The notes under the pieces were generated by a model, which made no database searches, had not been told where the DNA came from, and worked only from the letters and a program-made list of their open reading frames with translations. A program made the position numbers and the translations under genes. This document shows positions 1 to 9,826 of a stretch of DNA of 34,081 nucleotides, one piece after another. Position 1 is the first letter of the stretch, and every line of letters starts with the position of its first letter. This DNA comes from a virus (lineage: Duplodnaviria; Caudoviricetes), in the IMG/VR virus record IMGVR_UViG_3300016667_000440, positions 1-34,081 of that record. One strand, written 5' to 3'.

Positions 1-2
1 TT

Positions 3-965
3 AGAAAGGGTAACTTCATATCTGATAGAGGAGTATTATTTAGTAATCAAGGTTATAAGAATGGTAACTATAATGATAGAGGTGGTGTTCATATTGAGGA
101 TGATGCTGAAGATGATGGTTATGTATCTTGGTGGGCTACTGGTTTGCAAAAAATTAATAGTATGATAGATACTGGATTTAATATAACTCCAGAAGAAAGT
201 ACTTGTGCTTTACCTCCTAAGAAGGAAGAACCTGAAACTAAGATAGTTACTATCATTAGTAAAGAAACTAATAGTGAGATCAAGACTACCATCAATACTA
301 GTTTTGATTTTTCACTAGAAGTTTCTGAAACTGTTAAGCCTCCTATGACTATAGTTCATACTGGTAGACCTACTAAGAAAAAGTCACCTCCTAAGATTAT
401 TAATCTAGATGCAGGTAAAGTTTATCAAACAATTAATGATTTTAATTTACCTATCAACATTAATAGAGATAATAAAGATCATTTTATCTTAAAGGCTATT
501 GAAGATATTGTTATAGTAGGTAAAACTATTCCTAAAGATAAAACATTCTTTGTGTATAATTGTTATGTTAGTAGTGATACTAATACTGTTAGAGCTTTAT
601 GTCTAAAGCCAACTGATCCTGATGATGAAGCTCCAGTAATTACTAAAATATCTGATGTACAAGATAGGTTTCAAGTAATACCTAAACTTGCTTATTATGA
701 GATGTATAAAGATTATATGAAGCTAGTTAACTTATATGGTGTTGAGATGTCTAAGAATAAACAAAAGAAACTTGCTCAACTATACAATAGTATTTCTAGA
801 AATATTAAAGTAAATCCAAATACTGTTAATAATTTCTATAAAGCTAAATATAATTCTAGAGCATTAGCTGCTTTCTATGAGAATTTTGTAAAGCAAGATA
901 CTCCTATGATTAAAACAAGACAATTGACACTAAATAATATGCTGGATGAGTATGGTCGTGACTAA
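3..965 (+). CDS. 5'-truncated hypothetical protein; the visible N-terminal part may be the end of a class II glutamine amidotransferase-like domain
   Basis: The frame of ORF 144..965 is open back to position 3 (RKGNFISDRGVLFSNQGYKNG...), so the gene starts upstream of the window. GxF..xGVLFSNxGY weakly resembles the C-terminal motif of phage class II GATases (from recall). Confidence 0.6.
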   Translation, partial: RKGNFISDRGVLFSNQGYKNGNYNDRGGVHIEDDAEDDGYVSWWATGLQKINSMIDTGFNITPEESTCALPPKKEEPETKIVTIISKETNSEIKTTINTSFDFSLEVSETVKPPMTIVHTGRPTKKKSPPKIINLDAGKVYQTINDFNLPININRDNKDHFILKAIEDIVIVGKTIPKDKTFFVYNCYVSSDTNTVRALCLKPTDPDDEAPVITKISDVQDRFQVIPKLAYYEMYKDYMKLVNLYGVEMSKNKQKKLAQLYNSISRNIKVNPNTVNNFYKAKYNSRALAAFYENFVKQDTPMIKTRQLTLNNMLDEYGRD

Positions 966-1353
966 GAAAAAAGATGTTAATGTGAAAAGTATTATAGCAA
1001 CTTCCTTCGACTATACAGTTGAGGAGGTTGCTCCTGATACTAATATAACTTATACTACTAAAGATTTTAATGACATTAAGTATGAGTTAGCTGCTTATGA
1101 TTCTAAATGTTATTATGGTGTAGGAGATAATAGTCTATTTATAACCCAAGGTATGTTATTGGGATTAATTGATAGATTAATTACTAATTATAATATACCA
1201 TTAATTAGTATAGGTTATATAAAAAAATTATTACATGATCACTATAGTGTTATATGGCATCCTGAAGAAGATATACATAAGTATATTACAATTATTAAAG
1301 ATAAAAAGGATGACTTAGAATATGATATGTATGATCACTGGTATGGATGTTAA
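946..1353 (+). CDS. hypothetical protein
   Basis: 135 aa ORF overlapping its neighbours in a tightly packed co-oriented operon; no recognisable motif. Confidence 0.65.
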   Translation: MSMVVTKKKDVNVKSIIATSFDYTVEEVAPDTNITYTTKDFNDIKYELAAYDSKCYYGVGDNSLFITQGMLLGLIDRLITNYNIPLISIGYIKKLLHDHYSVIWHPEEDIHKYITIIKDKKDDLEYDMYDHWYGC

Positions 1354-2332
1354 AACTGATAAAATGAATACAAATAGTTTAGAAATATTGCGCAATTTAT
1401 ATATGTTTACTTGGGAATCTATTAATGAATCAACTGATAAATTTCAAGTAATGAGTAACATACCTTTTTATAAAAAACATGGTTCATTTGATGATGATTT
1501 TATAGATAAATTTATTTATAATATTGAGAAAAATATAATTCTTGTTCCTTTAAAAATAGTTAATGTTAATACTAATAGTGAAAATCCTCATGTTATTGAT
1601 CATGAAAGAGTTGAACGTAGAATTAATAGTAAATTAAATGAGAATGGTATTAAATTTAAAATTAATATAGTTACTAATTTACAAAGTATTCACTTTTCTT
1701 TTACTCAAGATTTTGAGAATGATTATCATACAAAACTACCTGATTGTGATTATGTTATCTTAACATTTTATAATGGTGATAGTGATTATTTTAATGATTT
1801 TAAAAATGATTTGATGGATCATTTTGCTAGTTATAAATCTCTTTATGCTACTTATAAAAATGTGCAAGAAAGTATAATTAAAGGTGATCCTAATTATCAT
1901 AAACTTATTAATGAAAAGAATAAGAATAATGTTATATTGAGTAGAACTGAAGAAAAGCTCAAAAATATAAATAATGAGATTGCTAGGATTGAAACTAAAA
2001 TCTTAAAAGATGAATTAGTATGGGATGCTCAATCTGATTTTAGTAATGAAAAGGAAAAGTGTTTCTATAATATAATTAGTCCTAAAACACAACTTAAATC
2101 TAAAGTAACATATAAAAATACTGTTAGCGATGTTATAAATGCAATAAATAGTATGAACCCTCCTGTTACTGGTGTTACTACTAACAATACTACTTATGTT
2201 ATTAATAATGCAATGACTCATTCTTGGACAGATTATCTGCATCCAGTTAATGAGCCAGTGCATCCACCAATCTATGAAGAACCTTTTGAATTTGAACCAG
2301 ATCCAGAAAATAATCAAGAGTTGCCAATCTAA
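1322..2332 (+). CDS. hypothetical protein with a central coiled coil and a Pro/Glu-rich C-terminus
   Basis: 336 aa ORF; true start may be a downstream Met. Heptad-like segment LSRTEEKLKNINNEIARIETKILK. Confidence 0.7.
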   Translation: MICMITGMDVKTDKMNTNSLEILRNLYMFTWESINESTDKFQVMSNIPFYKKHGSFDDDFIDKFIYNIEKNIILVPLKIVNVNTNSENPHVIDHERVERRINSKLNENGIKFKINIVTNLQSIHFSFTQDFENDYHTKLPDCDYVILTFYNGDSDYFNDFKNDLMDHFASYKSLYATYKNVQESIIKGDPNYHKLINEKNKNNVILSRTEEKLKNINNEIARIETKILKDELVWDAQSDFSNEKEKCFYNIISPKTQLKSKVTYKNTVSDVINAINSMNPPVTGVTTNNTTYVINNAMTHSWTDYLHPVNEPVHPPIYEEPFEFEPDPENNQELPI

Positions 2333-2936
2333 TAATATAGATTTTCAAGCATATGTGTTGTTATATGGTCTACATACTGATAACATGGACTTAGTCTGTG
2401 ATTATCATGATGTAGAGCCATATACTCCATATATCATTAATAATCTAGTTCATCAAGGATTATTAACTAAAATACTATCTACTGATAGTAAAGTAGGATT
2501 AGAAGATTTATATGCTAATAATCTTAAACTTACTCAATTAGGTAGTTTAATATTCAAAGATTCTATTGTAAGTGCTCCTAGTAATGAGAAATTATTTACT
2601 TATAAAGTAACTTGGATAGAAGAATATTATGAACTATTTCCTAAAGGTATAAAATCAGGTGGTTTTTATGTAAGGAGTAGTATACAAGATTGTAGTAACA
2701 AAATGTTTAAATTTCTTAATGATAATCCTCAATTTACAAAGGATATAATTCTTGCAGCCACAAAGAATTATATTAAAGATTGTGAAGCCAGGAATTATGA
2801 TAAGATGAAATTAGCTCCATATTTTATAATTAAAGATGGAACTAGTATGTTATCTGGTTATTGTGAAGCCTATGTCCAAGGTATTAATGATAATCAAGAT
2901 ACATATACAATAAGTAATAATATAGAAGGAGTATAG
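2274..2936 (+). CDS. putative replication initiator/helicase loader-like protein
   Basis: ORF 2250..2936, likely start ATG 2274, ending 1 nt before the helicase start. Possible winged-helix N-terminal part and a helical C-terminal domain (WIEEYYELFPKG...ILAATKNY...YFIIKDG). Function inferred from position only. Confidence 0.45.
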   Translation: MKNLLNLNQIQKIIKSCQSNNIDFQAYVLLYGLHTDNMDLVCDYHDVEPYTPYIINNLVHQGLLTKILSTDSKVGLEDLYANNLKLTQLGSLIFKDSIVSAPSNEKLFTYKVTWIEEYYELFPKGIKSGGFYVRSSIQDCSNKMFKFLNDNPQFTKDIILAATKNYIKDCEARNYDKMKLAPYFIIKDGTSMLSGYCEAYVQGINDNQDTYTISNNIEGV

Positions 2937-2937
2937 A

Positions 2938-3990
2938 ATGAGTGATTTAAAGCTTAGGATAGAAGAGGGGTTAGAAGGTAAGTATGAAGGACTATCTAAC
3001 GGTTTTAATAGATTAAACAACTTTATATTTGGTGTTCAAAGAAAGTGTAAAACCCTTATAGGTGGTAATTCAGGTACTGGTAAAACTACCTTATGTGATT
3101 ACATGATTAGTAATGCTATTCAAGATGCTGATAGAAAAGGTATAAAACTAGACGTGTTTTATTATTCTTATGAGATTGATAAAGTTACTAAGCAATGTAA
3201 TTGGCTAAGCACTATTATTTACAACAAATATGGTATCATAATTCCTCCTGAAACAATTAAAGGTTTAGGTCAAAACAGATTATCTCAATCTGAACTAGAA
3301 ATAGTTAACAAGGAAATACCTTATATGGAAGAGATGTTTTCTAGAATAAACTTCTATTTCAAACCAGAGAATCCTACAGGTATGTATTTTACTTTGTGGG
3401 AACATGGTAGAAAACATGGACAGTTTAGTTATGAAACATATACTGATTCTGAAGGTAGACAAAAACAAAAGATCGTAAGCTTTAAACCTTATGATCCAAA
3501 CTGGCAATGCGTAGTAGTTTTAGATCACTTATCTTTAATGAGCTTAGAAAGAGGTTTCTCTGTTAAGGAAAATATTGATAAGTGGTCTGAATATTGCGTA
3601 GAATTGTCCAACCAGTTTGGTATGAGTTTCTTTAATATTAGCCAATTTAATGACTCATTATCTAGTGTAGAACGTAGTAAGCTTAAAGGTGTGGATATAT
3701 CACCACAACAATCAGATTTTAAGAATACTAGGAATCCATATGATGATAGTGATGTTGTTATTGGTCTAATGAATCCTTGGAAATTAGATATGAGAGAATG
3801 TTTAAAGTATAAACTTCATGAGTTTAGAGGTAACTTTGTAATGTTAAAGATCATTAAGAATAGATTATCTATTGACAATATTGCAATAGGTACTTTATTT
3901 AATGCAAGAGCTGGTACATTTATGGAATTACCTAAAGCTGATGAAATGACTGACAATCTATATCAAGAATACATAAACAAATTAAAATAA
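2938..3990 (+). CDS. dnaB: DnaB-like (SF4) replicative DNA helicase
   Basis: Walker A GGNSGTGKTT, YSYE motif, Walker B VVLDH, SQFN motif, DSDVVIGL and the KNR arginine finger (IIKNR). Confidence 0.9.
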   Translation: MSDLKLRIEEGLEGKYEGLSNGFNRLNNFIFGVQRKCKTLIGGNSGTGKTTLCDYMISNAIQDADRKGIKLDVFYYSYEIDKVTKQCNWLSTIIYNKYGIIIPPETIKGLGQNRLSQSELEIVNKEIPYMEEMFSRINFYFKPENPTGMYFTLWEHGRKHGQFSYETYTDSEGRQKQKIVSFKPYDPNWQCVVVLDHLSLMSLERGFSVKENIDKWSEYCVELSNQFGMSFFNISQFNDSLSSVERSKLKGVDISPQQSDFKNTRNPYDDSDVVIGLMNPWKLDMRECLKYKLHEFRGNFVMLKIIKNRLSIDNIAIGTLFNARAGTFMELPKADEMTDNLYQEYINKLK

Positions 3991-3994
3991 CTAA

Positions 3995-4738
3995 ATGAGT
4001 GTAGAAGCAAAAGCGTCTAAAGTTATTTTACCAACTACTAGGATTCCTCCTAGTAGAAAATCTCCAGGAGTATTGGTAATTTATTCTAAACCAAAAGCAG
4101 GTAAAACAAGTCTAATTTCACAATTAGATAATTGTTTATTGTTAGATTTTGAGAAAGGCAGTGATTTTGTAGATGCCATGAAGGTAACTATTAATGATCT
4201 AGCTGATCTTAGATTATATGGTGAAGAAATAAAGAAAGCAGGTAAACCTTATAAGTATATTGCTGTAGATACTATTACAGCTTTAGAAGATATGGTAATG
4301 CCACTTGCTATAAAAAAGTATAAGGAAACTCCAATGGGTAAGAATTTTGATGGTGAGAGTGTTCTTAAACTACCAAACGGTGCAGGTTATCTTTATTTAA
4401 GAGAAGCATTCTTTGATGTTGTTGATTATATAAAGACATTATCACACAATACAATATTCCTAGGTCATCTAAAAGACAAGTCTATTGAAGTCAAAGGTAA
4501 AGAAGTAATGGCAGCAGATATTGATTTAACAGGTAAACTTAAGAGTTTATTGTGTTCAACTGCAGATGCTATTGGTTTCTTATATAGAGATGGAGATAAT
4601 ACTATATTAAATTTCAATAGTAGTGATCTAATTACTTGTGGTGCTAGACCAGAACATTTGAGAAATCAAGAAGTTGTTATGGCTACCATGAAGAACAATA
4701 AATTAGAAACTTATTGGGATAAAATCTATATTGATTAA
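3995..4738 (+). CDS. AAA_24 / Sak4-like P-loop ATPase (putative single-strand annealing recombinase)
   Basis: Walker A YSKPKAGKTS, LLLDFEKG, Walker B IAVDT, GAGY, FLGH and ADAIG. Lies directly upstream of an SSB gene, as is typical for Sak4. Confidence 0.85.
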   Translation: MSVEAKASKVILPTTRIPPSRKSPGVLVIYSKPKAGKTSLISQLDNCLLLDFEKGSDFVDAMKVTINDLADLRLYGEEIKKAGKPYKYIAVDTITALEDMVMPLAIKKYKETPMGKNFDGESVLKLPNGAGYLYLREAFFDVVDYIKTLSHNTIFLGHLKDKSIEVKGKEVMAADIDLTGKLKSLLCSTADAIGFLYRDGDNTILNFNSSDLITCGARPEHLRNQEVVMATMKNNKLETYWDKIYID

Positions 4739-4800
4739 TAGATATATAATAATACTTACACACATAGTCCGTTTAATTTTTAACTTTAATACAATTTATT

Positions 4801-5340
4801 ATGAGCAATATCACATTTAATTTCAGCGACGTTCAATCAAGTTCAAGTGTAAAACCTACTATTAAGCCAGGTGTTAATGAGAATGTAACAATAGGAACTG
4901 TTACATCTGAAACTACACCAAATGGTAAAGCAATCTTGCGTGTACCATTTAGTTTAGATAATGGTGCAGAACTTAATATTGATATGTCTATGGAAGGTAA
5001 TGCTCCTCAATATACTATGAGGAAATTGAAACATCTAATGACTAAAGTTGTTGATGAGAATGTAGTTAATTCTGCAACAACTCTACAAGATATTAATAAG
5101 ATTCTTAGTGGTAAGAAACTAAGAATTAAATTTACAGGTGAAGAATATGTATCACAGCGTGATGGTAAAGTATATGTTAAGACTGTACTAGGTCTTCCTA
5201 ACTTTGCTGAGCCTATGACTATTACACCTGAAATGAGTGCTTTGGTTTATAATCCAAATATTGAGTATGATCTTAAGCGTGTAAATAAAGCTACTGTTGA
5301 AGCTAATGCACCTAAAGTAACTGACGATCTACCATTCTAA
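4801..5340 (+). CDS. ssb: single-stranded DNA-binding protein
   Basis: 179 aa, beta-rich, with the acidic-aromatic C-terminal tail DDLPF; located between the Sak4-like ATPase and the primase. Confidence 0.75.
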   Translation: MSNITFNFSDVQSSSSVKPTIKPGVNENVTIGTVTSETTPNGKAILRVPFSLDNGAELNIDMSMEGNAPQYTMRKLKHLMTKVVDENVVNSATTLQDINKILSGKKLRIKFTGEEYVSQRDGKVYVKTVLGLPNFAEPMTITPEMSALVYNPNIEYDLKRVNKATVEANAPKVTDDLPF

Positions 5341-5370
5341 TTAATTAATACTAACATAAAAATCTAGGTT

Positions 5371-6393
5371 ATGTTTGATTTTTCAAATGTTAAGTCCGAA
5401 GATTCTTACATAACCAAAGATTTTGTGTTAAGTAGGCTATCTGATCAACAAATTATTGAATATTATCTTAATATCAAGTTACAATATAGTAACCTAATAT
5501 CTTCTCCTTTTAGAGAGGATAAAAATCCTAGCTTTGGCATCAAGTATGTTGGTGATAAATTTATTGCAAAGGATTTTAGTACTAATGAAACATTTGATTG
5601 TTTTAGTATAGTACAAAGATTATACAGTTGTAATTTTCAGGAAGCTCTTAAAATCATCTCTAATGATTTCAAATTAACAGAGATAAGTACTAATGCTACA
5701 AGAATGTTATTTAATTCTAGCGATAGTATTAAACCTACTGTTAAGAAGAATATTATTACAATAGAAAAACAAGACTATACATCAGTAGATAAAACTTATT
5801 GGAGTCAATACCACATCGGTCCAGATACTCTAAATCTATTTAATGTACATAGTTGCAAATATGTATGGTTGAATGGTAGTTTGTGTCGTATATATAATAA
5901 TAATAATCCTGTATATGCGTATGAATTTCATCAATCATACAAAATCTATTGTCCTTTAACTAAAAACAAGAAGACTAAATGGCTGTTTTCTGGTAGTCAA
6001 AATGATATAGAGGGATATGACTATTTCAAAACCAAGTGTTTTTTAGACTGTAGTAAGAAGTTTACTTCTGAAAATGTACTAATTATAACTAAGAGTTTAA
6101 AAGATGTTATGTGTCTATACAAATTGGGCTACCAAAGTATAAGTTTACAAGGAGAAATGAATTCATTATCTAATAAGATTTATGAAGAGCTTAAAGAAAA
6201 TGGTATTGAATATATTTATTCTTTATATGATAATGATAAGGGTGGTAGACATGGTACTGCTCATTTAACTAATACATATAAAGATATAATACCTAAATTT
6301 ATTCCTGATGAATATGGTGTAAAAGATATTAGTGATTTTATACGTGTATATGGATTAGATGATGCTCAAATGTTGATAGATAGCTTACTTTAA
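5371..6393 (+). CDS. DNA primase (DnaG/TOPRIM type, atypical)
   Basis: N-terminal SPFREDKNPSF (degenerate CHC2-type Zn-finger region), TOPRIM-like IITKSLKDVMCL, DxD motif YDNDKGG, and KDISD. Confidence 0.8.
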   Translation: MFDFSNVKSEDSYITKDFVLSRLSDQQIIEYYLNIKLQYSNLISSPFREDKNPSFGIKYVGDKFIAKDFSTNETFDCFSIVQRLYSCNFQEALKIISNDFKLTEISTNATRMLFNSSDSIKPTVKKNIITIEKQDYTSVDKTYWSQYHIGPDTLNLFNVHSCKYVWLNGSLCRIYNNNNPVYAYEFHQSYKIYCPLTKNKKTKWLFSGSQNDIEGYDYFKTKCFLDCSKKFTSENVLIITKSLKDVMCLYKLGYQSISLQGEMNSLSNKIYEELKENGIEYIYSLYDNDKGGRHGTAHLTNTYKDIIPKFIPDEYGVKDISDFIRVYGLDDAQMLIDSLL

Positions 6394-6415
6394 CACACAT
6401 AAAAAATAGATTATC

Positions 6416-7003
6416 ATGGGATATAGAATAGAGGAGAAAGATATAATCTATCAGGTAAGTATTAAGGACTACATTGAATATGTAACTCTTAGTAACAAAA
6501 GAAGACCTGTTTATTATAAAAAAACAGATAAGATACCTAAGAAGTATCAAAATAATAAGCATAGTTTTAATAAAGCAGGTGAACTTATAAATACTGAAAG
6601 TAAAAAAAGGGTATTGAAAAATATCCGTAGTGTAGGTAAACCAAGATATAAAAAAATATCTGGACAAAATATATGGGTAGGTCTTAATCATAATCTTAGA
6701 AATAAAATTGCTTATGAAATTAAAAAATTCTTTTATAAACATCTAAAAGATTTAAAAGTAATACCTAAACAATTATTTCCAATAGGTGTTGATATAAAAT
6801 TTATTAAACCAATAGGGAGTAACAATTGGGATTTAGATAATCTAGCTTTAATATATCGTAAGGTATTGTTAGATTGTTTAAAAAATATAATAGGTGCTGA
6901 TGATTCTATTGAGTTTATAAGAGAAATACCTACTAGATATAGTGCTAGTCCAGATGAAAGTCGAAAACTCATTATAACAATTTATACTATAAATGATGTA
7001 TAA
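6416..7003 (+). CDS. rusA: RusA-like Holliday junction resolvase with a basic N-terminal extension
   Basis: WDLDNL...LLDCL...ADDS pattern matches the RusA DxDN...D...DD catalytic residues; C-terminal strand KLIITIY. Confidence 0.65.
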   Translation: MGYRIEEKDIIYQVSIKDYIEYVTLSNKRRPVYYKKTDKIPKKYQNNKHSFNKAGELINTESKKRVLKNIRSVGKPRYKKISGQNIWVGLNHNLRNKIAYEIKKFFYKHLKDLKVIPKQLFPIGVDIKFIKPIGSNNWDLDNLALIYRKVLLDCLKNIIGADDSIEFIREIPTRYSASPDESRKLIITIYTINDV

Positions 7004-7253
7004 CTACGCTGAAAAAGCAATTAGAAGTGTTGATATCACTTTAAATTCATTAACAGTAGCTCAAGATCTAGCAGATATCTTTATTAAAAATAAATATAAA
7101 ACTATGGAAGAAATCTTTGATTATGATGATGCCAATGATTGTTATATTTATAAAGAATCTATACAAATAGAATATGAAGCTGTTGTTGATAATTTGAATG
7201 AATATCTAATTAATCAATATAGTAATGTTAATATCTATGACAAATACAGATAG
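6993..7253 (+). CDS. small acidic hypothetical protein
   Basis: 86 aa ORF overlapping both neighbours; no recognisable motif. Confidence 0.6.
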   Translation: MMYNYAEKAIRSVDITLNSLTVAQDLADIFIKNKYKTMEEIFDYDDANDCYIYKESIQIEYEAVVDNLNEYLINQYSNVNIYDKYR

Positions 7254-7551
7254 GGTGTTATATTCTCAAGCATTAGTTGATGCTATAGAAATCAAATTTG
7301 GTAAAGAATCACAAGAATATGAAGCAGTAATTAATGGTGATTATGCTTTAGGTAGTATGTTAGAGGAATATTCATATCCTGATCAAATACCAGCAGATCA
7401 ATTTATTATTGCTTATGAACAAGGTGATGAAGAATTGTGGCGTTATTATCAAATGTTTATACAGAATGAGCCGTATAGACGTATGTATAATCTATGGCTA
7501 GAGTGTATGCATGAAGAAGATCTTGTAGAAGATTTGCAATATGCAGAATGA
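7237..7551 (+). CDS. acidic hypothetical protein
   Basis: ORF 7225..7551, likely start ATG 7237; strongly Glu/Asp/Tyr-rich. Confidence 0.6.
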   Translation: MTNTDRVLYSQALVDAIEIKFGKESQEYEAVINGDYALGSMLEEYSYPDQIPADQFIIAYEQGDEELWRYYQMFIQNEPYRRMYNLWLECMHEEDLVEDLQYAE

Positions 7552-8413
7552 AACAAAAATTAATGTTAATAGTCAGCTAAGGAGTTCCTTAGTTGACTAT
7601 ATTAACAATGTGAAGGTTATACAACAAGGTGACTATAAAGTGGCTGTTATAGATGCTGATAGTATAATTTTTGCAACAGCTGCTGATAAAAAGCAGACAG
7701 ATGAACAAATATTGCAATATGGTGATCAAACTGAAAGAACTTTAGAACAAGTAATAAATGAATTTAATATTCATTTTACTAATATTCTAATGGCTACAGG
7801 TTGTATATATTATATTGCACTATTAACTGGAGGATCACATAGATATAGTATTTATAAAGAGTATAAAGCTAATAGAAAGGGATCTGAAAAACCTAAACAT
7901 CTTAAAGACTTAACTAATTATTGTATTAATAATTGGAAGTTTATTAAGATAGAAGGGTTTGAGGCTGATGATTTAGTTAATGTGGCTAATAACTATTTTA
8001 TTACTCAAAAGATCTCTACTAAGATAGTACATACTGATAAAGATCTAAATCAAATCCAGGGAGTTCATTTTAATTATAAGACAAATGATTCTTATGAAGT
8101 TAGGAGTGATGAAGCAGCTTATAATTTATGGACACAAGTTATAGTTGGAGATTCTACTGACAATATTAAAGGTCTAAAAGGTAAGGGTAGAGTATTTGCT
8201 GATAAGCTTTTACTTAATCTTGATGATAATGAATCTATGAGAACAGCAGTTCTTGATGCTTATGTAGATGTTTTAGGTGAACATCTAGGTATCAATGAAT
8301 TTACTCTAAATTACAATATGATCAAACTTTTAGATAATATAAAAGATGTAGAAACATTTATTCCTAATAAGATAGAAGAAATCATTAATTTTGAAACTTC
8401 AATAAATATATAG
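7541..8413 (+). CDS. 5'-3' exonuclease / flap endonuclease (PIN fold, T7 gp6/T5 D15-like)
   Basis: Motifs IDADS, YKANRK, FEADD, DKDLNQI and the helix-hairpin-helix GDSTDNIKGLKGKG. Confidence 0.92.
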   Translation: MQNETKINVNSQLRSSLVDYINNVKVIQQGDYKVAVIDADSIIFATAADKKQTDEQILQYGDQTERTLEQVINEFNIHFTNILMATGCIYYIALLTGGSHRYSIYKEYKANRKGSEKPKHLKDLTNYCINNWKFIKIEGFEADDLVNVANNYFITQKISTKIVHTDKDLNQIQGVHFNYKTNDSYEVRSDEAAYNLWTQVIVGDSTDNIKGLKGKGRVFADKLLLNLDDNESMRTAVLDAYVDVLGEHLGINEFTLNYNMIKLLDNIKDVETFIPNKIEEIINFETSINI

Positions 8414-8423
8414 AAACTAGTAA

Positions 8424-8996
8424 GTGGGAATGACTGTTGTGGAGAATGATGAAACTAGTAAAAAGAAATCTAACTTTGATTATACAAAGCTAACTAAAGC
8501 AAGACTTTTTGTTAGAGCTATGTTAGGTTATCCTTTAGATTTTTATGGTGAGGATTTTTATAATTGTTATGTAGGTAAATCTGATAACGTAATGTATTTA
8601 ACTTTTAAGAAACCTTTGAAAGATATTCAAAGTTTTAATAAGGTACTTGAAACATTAACTACAGATGAATATTATAGTGGACAAAAATCTATAACAGATT
8701 GGTACATTATAAAGATGAATATACCTCAACAATATGTAAATGATTATTATAAATTTTTAGATGGTAAATATTCTAAAATGTCTGAGGACTATAAAGAAAA
8801 TCTGTTAAACATGTTGTTAAAATATGACAGAACTAAGATAGTCTATAAAAAGATTAAAGAATGTTTATATCCTACTAAAGAAGCAAGAAAGAAACTTGAA
8901 GAAGAACTAGGTGCTTCTTTAGATGTTGATGCAGAAGTTATGAGTATACCAAATTTAGAAATTGAAATTTATAGAGATGAGTACTTTAAGGAGTGA
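8424..8996 (+). CDS. hypothetical protein
   Basis: 190 aa ORF (GTG 8424 or ATG 8430) within the operon; contains F.DGKYSKMS but no function can be assigned. Confidence 0.7.
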   Translation: MGMTVVENDETSKKKSNFDYTKLTKARLFVRAMLGYPLDFYGEDFYNCYVGKSDNVMYLTFKKPLKDIQSFNKVLETLTTDEYYSGQKSITDWYIIKMNIPQQYVNDYYKFLDGKYSKMSEDYKENLLNMLLKYDRTKIVYKKIKECLYPTKEARKKLEEELGASLDVDAEVMSIPNLEIEIYRDEYFKE

Positions 8997-9000
8997 TGAG

Positions 9001-9357
9001 ATGGCAACAAAGTTTGATCAAGGTAAACCTAGTTTTACTAGTATACCTCAAAAAGCTTTGTTAGAAGTAGCAAAAGGTTTTACTGTTGGATTAAATAAAT
9101 ATGGACAATTTAATTATTCTAAACGTATGCCTGTAACTAGATATTTAGATGCTTTACATAGGCATCTAAATCAATATCTAGCTTATGCTGATAAAAATGA
9201 CATTGATGAATCTGGTGTACATCATTTAGCATTAGCAACATGTAATGCAATGATGGCATTAGATGGTATCTTAACAGGTACCATAATTGATGATAGAAAT
9301 AGTACTTATAAACTAGTTAACAAAATTAATAATCAAACAGAATTAGCATTTGAATAA
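9001..9357 (+). CDS. DUF5664-like dATP/dGTP diphosphohydrolase domain protein
   Basis: KFDQGKP...G..KYG..N...RYLDALHRHL...DESGVHHLALATCN matches the family signature. ORF 8962..9357, likely start ATG 9001. Confidence 0.8.
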   Translation: MATKFDQGKPSFTSIPQKALLEVAKGFTVGLNKYGQFNYSKRMPVTRYLDALHRHLNQYLAYADKNDIDESGVHHLALATCNAMMALDGILTGTIIDDRNSTYKLVNKINNQTELAFE

Positions 9358-9826
9358 TATGAATGAAAGTGTAGAAAAAGCAAATAACTTTGTTTATGTA
9401 AAGTTTAAGAAATTACATCCTGATGCTAAAATGCCATCATATGCTAATTTAAGTGATGCTGGTGCAGATTTAACAGCAGTTAGTGTAGTTCATGTACCAG
9501 CTACTCCTGAAGAGGCATCTTATTATGAGTATTGTACTGGTATTGCTGTAAAGATTCCTGAAGGATATGCAGGATTTATATTCCCAAGAAGCAGTATATC
9601 TAAGAAAGATTTGTATCTTAGTAATGCTGTTGGTGTAGTAGATTCAGGATATGTAGGAGAAATTAAACTCCGATTTAAGTATAAGACTAATCCTAAAATT
9701 TATAGTGTAGGAGATAGAGTAGGACAATTAATTGTTATGCCTGTACCTACTATTCATTTTAGTGAAGTACATGAATTACCTATAACTGATAGAGGACATG
9801 GAGGATTTGGAAGCTCAGGACAATAA
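9350..9826 (+). CDS. dut: trimeric dUTP diphosphatase
   Basis: All five motifs present: AGADL, PRSS, GVVDSGYVGE, GDRVGQL, RGHGGFGSSG. Confidence 0.96.
   Translation: MNNMNESVEKANNFVYVKFKKLHPDAKMPSYANLSDAGADLTAVSVVHVPATPEEASYYEYCTGIAVKIPEGYAGFIFPRSSISKKDLYLSNAVGVVDSGYVGEIKLRFKYKTNPKIYSVGDRVGQLIVMPVPTIHFSEVHELPITDRGHGGFGSSGQ

Noticed and set aside
2015-6972. Minus-strand ORFs 2015..2317, 3295..3507, 6338..6742 and 6733..6972
   Set aside because: Antisense shadows of well-supported + strand genes, with F/I/L-rich composition typical of reverse frames in AT-rich DNA.
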